From assembly GCA_032718475.1 (NCBI GenBank), contig JAUCBJ010001340.1:1-64000 (forward strand): DNA of 64,000 bases. Direction: 5' to 3'. Positions 49,201-62,015 of this stretch are shown here, piece after piece. Numbering within the stretch: the first letter of the stretch is position 1; every line of letters begins with the position of its first letter. The notes under the pieces were generated by a model. It saw nothing but the letters and a program-made list of their open reading frames with translations, was not told the origin of the DNA and made no database searches. The translations under genes and the position numbers were made by a program. Origin of the DNA: Nemertoderma westbladi. Taxonomy: Eukaryota; Animalia; Xenacoelomorpha.

Positions 49201-52200
49201 GGGTGGGGAGTTTAAATGGCAGAGATTGTGGAATGGGGAGTTTATATGGCAGATATTGTGCAATGGGGAGTTTATATGGTAGAGATTGTGGAATGGGGAC
49301 TTTAAATGCCAGAGATTGTGGAATGGGGGAATTTATATGGCAAATATTGTGGAAAGGGGAGTTTATATGGCAGAGATTGTGGAATGGGGAGTTTAAAAGG
49401 CAGATATTGTGGAATGGGGAGTTTATATGGCAGATATTGTGGAATGGGGAGTTTATATGACAGAGATTGTGGAATGGGGATTTTATATGGCAGAGATTGT
49501 GCAATGGGGAGTTCAAATGGCAGATATTGTGGAATGGGGAGTTTATATGGCAGAGATTGTGGAATGGGGAGTTTAAATGGTAGAGATTGTGGAATGGGGA
49601 GTTTAAATGGCAGATATTGTGGAATGGGGAGTTTATATGGCAGAGATTGTGGAATGGGGAGTTTAAATGGCAGATATTGTGGAATGGGGAGTTTATATGG
49701 CAGAGATTGTGGAATGGGGAGTTGAAATGGCAGATATTGTGGAATGGGGAGTTTATATGGCAGAGATTGTGGAATGGGGAGTTTATATGGCATAGATTGT
49801 GGAATGGAGAGTTTATATGGCAGAGATTGTGGAATGGGGGTGGGGAGTTTAAATGGCAGAGATTGTGGAATGGGGGTGGGGAGTTTAAATGGCAGATATT
49901 GTGGAATGGGGAGTTTATATGGCAGAGATTGTGGAATGGGGAGTTTAAATGGCAGATATTGTGGAATGGGGAGTTTATATGGCAGAGATTGTGGAATGGG
50001 GAGTTGAAATGGCAGATATTGTGGAATGGGGAGTTTATATGGCAGAGATTGTGGAATGGGGAGTTTATATGGCATAGATTGTGGAATTTGGAGTTTATAT
50101 GGCAGAGATTGTGGAATGGGGAGTATATATGGTAGATATTGTGGAATGGGGAGTTTATATGGCAGATATTGTGGAATGGGGAGTTTATATGGCAGAGATT
50201 GTGGAATGGGGAGTTTATATGACAGAGATTGTGGAATGGGGATTTTATATGGCAGAGATTGTGGAATGGGGAGTTTAAATGGCAGATATTGTGGAATGGG
50301 GAGTTTATATGGCAGAGATTGTGGAATGGGGAGTTTAAATGGCAGAGATTGTGGAATGGGGAGTTTAAATGGCAGATATTGTGGAATGGGGAGTTTATAT
50401 GGCAGAGATTGTGGAATGGGGTGTTTAGATGGCAGAGTTTGTGGAATGGGGAGTTTACATGGCAGAGATTGTGGAATGGGGAGTTTATATGGCAGAGATT
50501 GTGGAATGGGGAGTTTATATGGCAGATATTGTGGAATGGGGTGGGGAGTTTAAATGGCAGAGATTGTGGAATGGGGTGGGGAGTTTAAATGGCAGAGATT
50601 GTGGAATGGGGAGTTTATATGGCAGATATTGTGCAATGTGGAGTTTATATGGTAGATATTGTGGAATGGGGACTTTAAATGCCAGAGATTGTGGAATGGG
50701 GGAATTTATATGGCAGATATTGTGGAATGGGGAGTTTATATGGCAGAGATTGTGGAATGGGGAGTATATATGGTAGAGATTGTGGAATGGGGTGGGGAGT
50801 TTATATGGCAGAGATTGTGGAATGGGGAGTTTATATGGCAGAGATTGTGGAATGGGGAGTTTATATGGCAGAGATTGTGGAATGGGGAGTATATATGGTA
50901 GAGATTGTGGAATGGGGTGGGGAGTTTATATGGCAGAGATTGTGGAATGGAGAGTTTATATGGAAGAGATTGTGGAATGGGGAGTTTATATGGTAGAGAT
51001 TGTGGAATGGGGTGGGGAGTTTAAATGGCAGAGATTGTGGAATGGGGAGTTTATATGGCAGATATTGTGCAATGGGGAGTTTATATGGTAGAGATTGTGG
51101 AATGGGGACTTTAAATGCCAGAGATTGTGGAATGGGGGAATTTATATGGCAGATATTGTGGAAAGGGGAGTTTATATGGCAGAGATTGTGGAATGGGGAG
51201 TTTAAAAGGCAGATATTGTGGAATGGGGAGTTTATATGGCAGAGATTGTGGAATGGGGAGTTTATATGACAGAGATTGTGGAATGGGGATTTTATATGGC
51301 AGAGATTGTGGAATGGGGAGTTCAAATGGCAGATATTGTGGAATGGGGAGTTTATATGGCAGAGATTGTGGAATGGGGAGTTTAAATGGCAGAGATTGTG
51401 GAATGGGGAGTTTAAATGGCAGATATTGTGGAATGGGGAGTTTATATGGCAGAGATTGTGGAATGGGGAGTTTAAATGGCAGATATTGTGGAATGGGGAG
51501 TTTATATGGCAGAGATTGTGGAATGGGGAGTTTATATGGCAGAGATTGTGGAATGGGGAGTTTATATGGCATAGATTGTGGAATGGGGAGTTTATATGGC
51601 AGAGATTGTGGAATGGGGAGTTTAAATGGCAGAGATTGTGGAATGGGGAGTTTATATGGTAGATATTGTGGAATGGGGAGTTTATATGGCAGAGATCGTG
51701 GAATGGGGTGGGGAGTTTAAATGGCAGAGATTGTGGAATGGGGAGTTTATATGGCAGATATTGTGCAATGTGGAGTTTATATGGTAGAGATTGTGGAATG
51801 GGGACTTTAAATGCCAGAGATTGTTGAATGGGGGAATTTATATGGCAGATATTGTGGAATGGGGAGTTTATATGGCAGAGATTGTGGAATGGGGAGTATA
51901 TATGGTAGAGATTGTGGAATGGGGAGTTTATATAGCAGATATTGCGGAATGGAGAGTTTATATGGCAGAGATTGTGGAATGGGGAGTTTATATGGCAGAG
52001 ATTGTGGAATGGGGAGTTTAAATGGCAGATATTGTGGAATGGGGAGTTTATATGGCAGAGATTGTGGAATGGGGAGTTTATATGGCAGAGATTGTGGAAT
52101 GGGGAGTTTATATGGCAGAGATTGTGGAATGGGGAGTTTAAATGGCAGATATTGTGGAATGGGGTGGGGAGTTTAAATGGCAGAGATTGTGGAATGGGGA

Positions 52201-55200
52201 GTTTATATGGCAGAGATTGTGGAATGGGGAGTTTAAATGGCAGATATTGTGGAATGGGGAGTTTAAATGGCAGAGATTGTGGAATGGGGAGTTTAAATGG
52301 CAGAGATTGTGGAATGGGGTGGGGAGTTTAAATGGCAGAGATTGTGGAATGAGGAGTTTATATGGCAGATATTGCGCAATGTGGAGTTTATATGGTAGAG
52401 ATTGTGGAATGGGGACTTTAAATGCCAGAGATTGTGGAATGGGGGAATTTATATGGCAGATATTGCGCAATGTGGAGTTTATATGGCAGAGATTGTGGAA
52501 TGGGGAGTTTATATGGCAGAGATTGTGGAATGGGGAGTTTAAATGGCAGATATTGTGGAATGGGGAGTTTATATGGCAGAGATTGTGGAATGGGGAGTTT
52601 AAATGGGAGAGATTGTGGAATGGGGAGTTTAAATGGCAGAGATTGTGGAATGGGGAGTTTAAATGGCAGAGATTGTGGAATGGGGTGGGGAGTTTAAATG
52701 GCAGAGATTGTGGAATGGGGAGTTTATATGGCAGATATTGCGCAATGTGGAGTTTATATGGTAGAGATTGTGGAATGGGGACTTTAAATGCCAGAGATTG
52801 TGGAATGGGGGAATTTATATGGCAGATATTGTGGAATGGGGAGTTTATATGGTAGAGATTGTGGAATGGGGAGTATATATGGTAGATATTGTGGAATGGG
52901 GTGGGGAGTTTATATGGCAGAGATTGTGGAATGGGGAGTTTATATGGCAGAGATTGTGGAATGGGGAGTTTATATGGCAGAGATTGTGGAATGGGGAGTT
53001 TATATGGCAGATATTGTGGAATGGGGAGTTTATATGGCAGAGATTGTGGAATGGGGAGTATATATGGCAGATATTGTGCAATGTGGAGTTTATATGGTAG
53101 AGATTGTGGAATGGGGACTTTAAATGCCAGAGATTGTGGAATGGGGGAATTTATATGGCAGATATTGTGGAATGGGGAGTTTATATGGCAGAGATTGTGG
53201 AATGGGGAGTATATATGGTAGAGATTGTGGAATGGGGTGGGGAGTTTATATGGCAGAGATTGTGGAATGGGGTGGGGAGTTTATATGGCAGAGATTGTGG
53301 AATGGGGAGTTTATATGGCAGAGATTGTGGAATGGGGAGTTTATATGGCAGATATTGTGGAATGGGGAGTTTAAATGGCAGAGATTGTGGAATGGGGAGT
53401 TTATATGGCAGATATTGTGCAATGTGGAGTTTATATGGTAGAGATTGTGGAATGGGGAGTATATCTGGTAGAGATTGTGGAATGGGGTGGGGAGTTTATA
53501 TGGCAGAGATTGTGGAATGGGGAGTTTATATGGCAGATATTGTGGAATGGAGAGTTTATATGGCAGAGATTGTTGAATGGGGAGTTTATATAGCAGATAT
53601 TGCGGAATGGAGAGTTTATATGGCAGAGATTGTGGAATGGGGAGTTTAAATGGCAGATATTGTGGAATGGGGAGTTTATATGGCAGAGATTGTGGAATCG
53701 GGAGTTTAAATGGCAGAGATTGTGGAATGGGGAGTTTAAATGGCAGAGATTGTGGAATGGGGTGGGGAGTTTAAATGGCAGAGATTGTGGAATGGGGTGG
53801 GGAGTTTAAATGGCAGAGATTGTGGAATGGGGAGTTTATATGGCAGATATTGTGCAATGTGGAGTTTATATGGTAGAGATTGTGGAATGGGGACTTTAAA
53901 TGCCAGAGATTGTGGAATGGGGGAATTTATATGGCAGATATTGTGGAAAGGGGAGTTTATATGGCAGAGATTGTGGAATGGGGAGTTTAAAAGGCAGATA
54001 TTGTGGAATGGGGAGTTTATATGGCAGAGATTGTGGAATGGGGAGTTTATATGACAGAGATTGTGGAATGGGGATTTTATATGGCAGAGATTGTGGAATG
54101 GGGAGTTCAAATGGCAGATATTGTGGAATGGGGAGTTTATATGGCAGAGATTGTGGAATGGGGAGTTTAAATGGCAGAGATTGTGGAATGGGGAGTTTAA
54201 ATGGCAGATATTGTGGAATGGGGAGTTTATATGGCAGAGATTGTGGAATGGGGAGTTTAAATGGCAGATATTGTGGAATGGGGAGTTTATATGGCAGAGA
54301 TTGTGGAATGGGGAGTTTATATGGCAGATATTGTGGAATGGGGAGTTTATATGGCATAGATTGTGGAATGGGGAGTTTATATGGCAGAGATTGTGGAATG
54401 GGGAGTTTAAATGGCAGAGATTGTGGAATGGGGAGTTTATATGGTAGATATTGTGGAATGGGGAGTTTATATGGCAGAGATCGTGGAATGGGGTGGGGAG
54501 TTTAAATGGCAGAGATTGTGGAATGGGGAGTTTATATGGCAGATATTGTGCAATGTGGAGTTTATATGGTAGAGATTGTGGAATGGGGACTTTAAATGCC
54601 AGAGATTGTTGAATGGGGGAATTTATATGGCAGATATTGTGGAATGGGGAGTTTATATGGCAGAGATTGTGGAATGGGGAGTATATATGGTAGAGATTGT
54701 GGAATGGGGAGTTTATATGGCAGAGATTGTGGAATGGGGAGTATATATGGCAGATATTGTGGAATGGGGAGTTTATATGGCAGAGATTGTGGAATGGGGA
54801 GTATATATGGCAGATATTGTGGAATGGGGAGTTTATATGGCAGAGATTGTGGAATGGGGAGTATATATGGTAGAGATTGTGGAATGGGGAGTTTATATGG
54901 CAGAGATTGTGGAATGGGGAGTATATATGGCAGATATTGTGGAATGGGGAGTTTATATGGCAGAGATTGTGGAATGGGGAGTATATATGGCAGATATTGT
55001 GGAATGGGGAGTTTATATGGCAGAGATTGTGGAATGGGGAGTTTACATGGCAGAGATTGTGGAATGGGGAGTTTATATAGCAGATATTGCGGAATGGAGA
55101 GTTTATATGGCAGAGATTGTGGAATGGGGTGGGGAGTTTAAATGGCAGAGATTGTGGAATGGGGAGTTTATATGGCAGATATTGCGCAATGTGGAGTTTA

Positions 55201-58200
55201 TATGGTAGAGATTGTGGAATGGGGACTTTAAATGCCAGAGATTGTGGAATGGGGGAATTTATATGGCAGATATTGTGGAATGGGGAGTTTATATGGTAGA
55301 GATTGTGGAATGGGGAGTATATATGGTAGATATTGTGGAATGGGGTGGGGAGTTTATATGGCAGAGATTGTGGAATGGGGAGTTTATATGGCAGAGATTG
55401 TGGAATGGGGAGTTTATATGGCAGAGATTGTGGAATGGGGAGTTTATATGGCAGATATTGTGGAATGGGGAGTTTATATGGCAGAGATTGTGGAATGGGG
55501 AGTATATATGGCAGATATTGTGCAATGTGGAGTTTATATGGTAGAGATTGTGGAATGGGGACTTTAAATGCCAGAGATTGTGGAATGGGGGAATTTATAT
55601 GGCAGATATTGTGGAATGGGGAGTTTATATGGCAGAGATTGTGGAATGGGGAGTATATATGGTAGAGATTGTGGAATGGGGTGGGGAGTTTATATGGCAG
55701 AGATTGTGGAATGGGATGGGGAGTTTATATGGCAGAGATTGTGGAATGGGGAGTTTATATGGCAGAGATTGTGGAATGGGGAGTTTATATGGCAGATATT
55801 GTGGAATGGGGAGTTTAAATGGCAGAGATTGTGGAATGGGGAGTTTATATGGCAGATATTGTGCAATGTGGAGTTTATATGGTAGAGATTGTGGAATGGG
55901 GAGTATATCTGGTAGAGATTGTGGAATGGGGTGGGGAGTTTATATGGCAGAGATTGTGGAATGGGGAGTTTATATGGCAGATATTGTGGAATGGAGAGTT
56001 TATATGGCAGAGATTGTTGAATGGGGAGTTTATATAGCAGATATTGCGGAATGGAGAGTTTATATGGCAGAGATTGTGGAATGGGGAGTTTAAATGGCAG
56101 ATATTGTGGAATGGGGAGTTTATATGGCAGAGATTGTGGAATCGGGAGTTTAAATGGCAGAGATTGTGGAATGGGGAGTTTAAATGGCAGAGATTGTGGA
56201 ATGGGGTGGGGAGTTTAAATGGCAGAGATTGTGGAATGGGGTGGGGAGTTTAAATGGCAGAGATTGTGGAATGGGGAGTTTATATGGCAGATATTGTGCA
56301 ATGTGGAGTTTATATGGTAGAGATTGTGGAATGGGGACTTTAAATGCCAGAGATTGTGGAATGGGGGAATTTATATGGCAGATATTGTGGAAAGGGGAGT
56401 TTATATGGCAGAGATTGTGGAATGGGGAGTTTAAAAGGCAGATATTGTGGAATGGGGAGTTTATATGGCAGAGATTGTGGAATGGGGAGTTTATATGACA
56501 GAGATTGTGGAATGGGGATTTTATATGGCAGAGATTGTGGAATGGGGAGTTCAAATGGCAGATATTGTGGAATGGGGAGTTTATATGGCAGAGATTGTGG
56601 AATGGGGAGTTTAAATGGCAGAGATTGTGGAATGGGGAGTTTAAATGGCAGATATTGTGGAATGGGGAGTTTATATGGCAGAGATTGTGGAATGGGGAGT
56701 TTAAATGGCAGATATTGTGGAATGGGGAGTTTATATGGCAGAGATTGTGGAATGGGGAGTTTATATGGCAGAGATTGTGGAATGGGGAGTTTATATGGCA
56801 TAGATTGTGGAATGGGGAGTTTATATGGCAGAGATTGTGGAATGGGGAGTTTAAATGGCAGAGATTGTGGAATGGGGAGTTTATATGGTAGATATTGTGG
56901 AATGGGGAGTTTATATGGCAGAGATCGTGGAATGGGGTGGGGAGTTTAAATGGCAGAGATTGTGGAATGGGGAGTTTATATGGCAGATATTGTGCAATGT
57001 GGAGTTTATATGGTAGAGATTGTGGAATGGGGACTTTAAATGCCAGAGATTGTTGAATGGGGGAATTTATATGGCAGATATTGTGGAATGGGGAGTTTAT
57101 ATGGCAGAGATTGTGGAATGGGGAGTATATATGGTAGAGATTGTGGAATGGGGAGTTTATATAGCAGATATTGCGGAATGGAGAGTTTATATGGCAGAGA
57201 TTGTGGAATGGGGAGTTTATATGGCAGAGATTGTGGAATGGGGAGTTTAAATGGCAGATATTGTGGAATGGGGAGTTTATATGGCAGAGATTGTGGAATG
57301 GGGAGTTTATATGGCAGAGATTGTGGAATGGGGAGTTTATATGGCAGAGATTGTGGAATGGGGAGTTTAAATGGCAGATATTGTGGAATGGGGTGGGGAG
57401 TTTAAATGGCAGAGATTGTGGAATGGGGAGTTTATATGGCAGAGATTGTGGAATGGGGAGTTTAAATGGCAGATATTGTGGAATGGGGAGTTTAAATGGC
57501 AGAGATTGTGGAATGGGGAGTTTAAATGGCAGAGATTGTGGAATGGGGTGGGGAGTTTAAATGGCAGAGATTGTGGAATGGGGAGTTTATATGGCAGATA
57601 TTGCGCAATGTGGAGTTTATATGGTAGAGATTGTGGAATGGGGACTTTAAATGCCAGAGATTGTGGAATGGGGGAATTTATATGGCAGATATTGCGCAAT
57701 GTGGAGTTTATATGGCAGAGATTGTGGAATGGGGAGTTTATATGGCAGAGATTGTGGAATGGGGAGTTTAAATGGCAGATATTGTGGAATGGGGAGTTTA
57801 TATGGCAGAGATTGTGGAATGGGGAGTTTAAATGGCAGAGATTGTGGAATGGGGAGTTTAAATGGCAGAGATTGTGGAATGGGGAGTTTAAATGGCAGAG
57901 ATTGTGGAATGGGGTGGGGAGTTTAAATGGCAGAGATTGTGGAATGGGGAGTTTATATGGCAGATATTGCGCAATGTGGAGTTTATATGGTAGAGATTGT
58001 GGAATGGGGACTTTAAATGCCAGAGATTGTGGAATGGGGGAATTTATATGGCAGATATTGTGGAATGGGGAGTTTATATGGTAGAGATTGTGGAATGGGG
58101 AGTATATATGGTAGATATTGTGGAATGGGGAGTTTATATGGCAGAGATTGTGGAATGGGGAGTTTATATGGCAGAGATTGTGGAATGGGGAGTTTATATG

Positions 58201-61200
58201 GCAGAGATTGTGGAATGGGGAGTTTATATGGCAGATATTGTGGAATGGGGAGTTTATATGGCAGAGATTGTGGAATGGGGAGTATATATGGCAGATATTG
58301 TGCAATGTGGAGTTTATATGGTAGAGATTGTGGAATGGGGACTTTAAATGCCAGAGATTGTGGAATGGGGGAATTTATATGGCAGATATTGTGGAATGGG
58401 GAGTTTATATGGCAGAGATTGTGGAATGGGGAGTATATATGGTAGAGATTGTGGAATGGGGTGGGGAGTTTATATGGCAGAGATTGTGGAATGGGGTGGG
58501 GAGTTTATATGGCAGAGATTGTGGAATGGGGAGTTTATAGGGCAGAGATTGTGGAATGGGGAGTTTATATGGCAGATATTGTGGAATGGGGAGTTTAAAT
58601 GGCAGAGATTGTGGAATGGGGAGTTTATATGGCAGATATTGTGCAATGTGGAGTTTATATGGTAGAGATTGTGGAATGGGGAGTATATCTGGTAGAGATT
58701 GTGGAATGGGGTGGGGAGTTTATATGGCAGAGATTGTTGAATGGGGAGTTTATATAGCAGATATTGCGGAATGGAGAGTTTATATGGCAGAGATTGTGGA
58801 ATGGGGTGTTTAGATGGCAGAGATTGTGGAATGGGGAGTTTATATGGCAGAGATTGTGGAATCGGGAGTTTAAATGGCAGAGATTGTGGAATGGGGAGTT
58901 TATATGGCAGAGATTGTGGAATCGGGAGTTTAAATGGCAGAGATTGTGGAATGGGGAGTTTATAGGGCAGAGATTGTGGAATGGGGAGTTTATATGGCAG
59001 ATATTGTGGAATGGGGAGTTTAAATGGCAGAGATTGTGGAATGGGGAGTTTATATGGCAGATATTGTGCAATGTGGAGTTTATATGGTAGAGATTGTGGA
59101 ATGGGGAGTATATCTGGTAGAGATTGTGGAATGGGGTGGGGAGTTTAAATGGCAGATATTGTGGAATGGGGAGTTTATATGGCAGAGATTGTGGAATCGG
59201 GAGTTTAAATGGCAGAGATTGTGGAATGGGGAGTTTAAATGGCAGAGATTGTGGAATGGGGTGGGGAGTTTAAATGGCAGAGATTGTGGAATGGGGTGGG
59301 GAGTTTAAATGGCAGAGATTGTGGAATGGGGAGTTTATATGGCAGATATTGTGCAATGTGGAGTTTATATGGTAGAGATTGTGGAATGGGGACTTTAAAT
59401 GCCAGAGATTGTGGAATGGGGGAATTTATATGGCAGATATTGTGGAATGGGGAGTTTATATGGCAGAGATTGTGGAATGGGGAGTATATATGGTAGAGAT
59501 TGTGGAATGGGGTAGGGAGTTTATATGGCAGAGATTGTGGAATGGGGAGTTTATATGGCAGAGATTGTGGAATGGGGAGTTTATATGGCAGAGATTGTGG
59601 AATGGGGAGTTTATATGGCAGATATTGTGGAATGGGGAGTTTATATGGCAGAGATTGTGGAATGGGGAGTATATATGGTAGAGATTGTGGAATGGGGTGG
59701 GGAGTTTATATGGCAGAGATTGTGGAATGGAGAGTTTATATGGAAGAGATTGTGGAATGGGGAGTTTATATGGTAGAGATTGTGGAATGGGGTGGGGAGT
59801 TTAAATGGCAGAGATTGTGGAATGGGGAGTTTATATGGCAGATATTGTGCAATGGGGAGTTTATATGGTAGAGATTGTGGAGAGGGGAGTTTATATGGCA
59901 GAGATTGTGGAATGGGGGAATTTATATGGCAGATATTGTGGTATGGGGAGTTTATATGGCAGAGATTGTGGAATGGGGAGTTTAAAAGGCAGATATTGTA
60001 GAATGGGGAGTTTATATGGCAGAGATTGTGGAATGGGGAGTTTATATGACAGAGATTGTGGAATGGGGATTTTATATGGCAGAGATTGTGGAATTTGGAG
60101 TTTAAATGGCAGATATTGTGGAATGGGGAGTTTATATGGCAGAGATTGTGGAATGGGGAGTTTAAATGGCAGAGATTGTGGAATGGGGAGTTTAAATGGC
60201 AGATATTGTGGAATGGGGAGTTTATATGGCAGAGATTGTGGAATGGGGAGTTTATATGCCAGAGATTGTGGAATGGGGAGTTTAAATGGCAGATATTGTG
60301 GAATGGGGAGTTTATATGGCAGAGATTGTGGAATGGGGAGTTGAAATGGCAGATATTGTGGAATGGGGAGTTTATATGGCAGAGATTGTGGAATGGGGAG
60401 TTTATATGGCAGAGATTGTGGAATGGGGAGTATATATGGTAGATATTGTGGAATGGGGAGTTTATATGGTAGATATTGCGGAATGGGGTGGGGAGTTTAA
60501 ATGGCAGAGATTCTGGAATGGGGAGTTTATATGGCAGAGATTGTGGAATGGGGAGTTTATACGGCAGAGATTGTGGAATGGAGAGTTTATATGGCAGAGA
60601 TTGTGGAATGGGGGTGGGGAGTTTAAATGGCAGATATTGTGGAATGGGGAGTTTATATGGCAGAGATAGTGGAATGGGGAGTTTATATGGCAGAAATTGT
60701 GGAATGGGGAGTTTATAAGGCAGAGATTGTGGAATGGGGAGTTTAAATGGCAGAGATTGTAGATAGAATGGGGAGATTATATGGCAGATATTGTGGAATG
60801 GGGAGTTTATATGGTAGAGATTCTGGAATGGGGAGTTTATATGGCATAGCATGTGGAATGGGGAGTTTATATGGCAGATATTGTGGAATGGGGAGTTTAT
60901 ATGGCAGAGATTGTGGAATGGGGAGTTTATATGACAGAGATTGTGGAATGGGGAGTTTATATGGCAGAGATTGTGGAATGGAGAGTTTATATGGTAGAGA
61001 TTGTGGAATGGGGAGTTTATATGGCAGAGATTGTGGAATGGGGGGTTTATATGGCAGAGATTGTGGAATGGGGAGTTTATATGGCAGAGATTGTGGAATG
61101 GGGAGTTTAAATGGCATATATTGTGGAATGGGGAGTTTATATGGCAGAGATTGTGGAATGGGGAGTTTATATGGCAGATATTGTGGAATGGGGTGGGGAG

Positions 61201-62008
61201 TTTAAATGGCAGAGATTGTGGAATGGGGAGTTTATATGGCAGATATTGTGGAATGGGGAGTTTATATGGCAGAGATTGTGGAATGGGGAGTTTAAATGGC
61301 AGAGATTGTGGAATGGGGAGTTTATATGGCAGAGATTGTGGAATGGGGAGTTTATATGACAGAGATTGTGGAATGGGGAGTTTATATGGCAGAGATTGTG
61401 GAATGGAGAGTTTATATGGTAGAGATTGTGGAATGGGGAGTTTATATGGCAGAGATTGTGGAATGGGGGGTTTATATGGCAGAGATTGTGGAATGGGGAG
61501 TTTATATGGCAGAGATTGTGGAATGGGGAGTTTAAATGGCATATATTGTGGAATGGGGAGTTTATATGGCAGAGATTGTGGAATGGGGAGTTTATATGGC
61601 AGATATTGTGGAATGGGTGGGGAGTTTAAATGGCAGAGATTGTGGAATGGGGAGTTTATATGGCAGATATTGTGGAATGGGGAGTTTATATGGCAGAGAT
61701 TGTGGAATGGGGAGTTTAAATGGCAGAGATTGTGGAATGGGGAGTTTATATGGCAGAGATTGTGGAATGGGGAGTTTATATGGCAGATATTGTGGAATGG
61801 GGTGGGGAGTTTAAATGGCAGAGATTGTGGAATGGGGAGTTTATATGGCAGATATTGTGGAATGGGGAGTTTATATGGCAGAGATTGTGGAATGGGGAGT
61901 TTAAATGGCAGAGATTGTGGAATGGGGAGTTTATATGGCATAGATTGTGGAATGTGGAGTTTATATGGCAGAGATTATGGAATGGGGAGTATATATGGTA
62001 GATATTGT
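16234..62008 (+). repeat. 30-bp G-rich tandem satellite, about 45.8 kb, about 1,500 units
   Basis: Consensus GGAATGGGGAGTTTATATGGCAGAGATTGT, uninterrupted and in one orientation. Variants include TTTAAAT, AGATATT, GGTAGA, GGAGAG, GGTGTTTAGA, and 31/34/35/36-bp units (e.g. GGGGTGGGGAG). Confidence 0.99.
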
Positions 62009-62015
62009 AGATATT

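Noticed and set aside
16234-62008. CRISPR-like array (30-36-bp periodicity)
   Set aside because: Units are head-to-tail with no unique spacers, there are no cas genes, and the context is eukaryotic.
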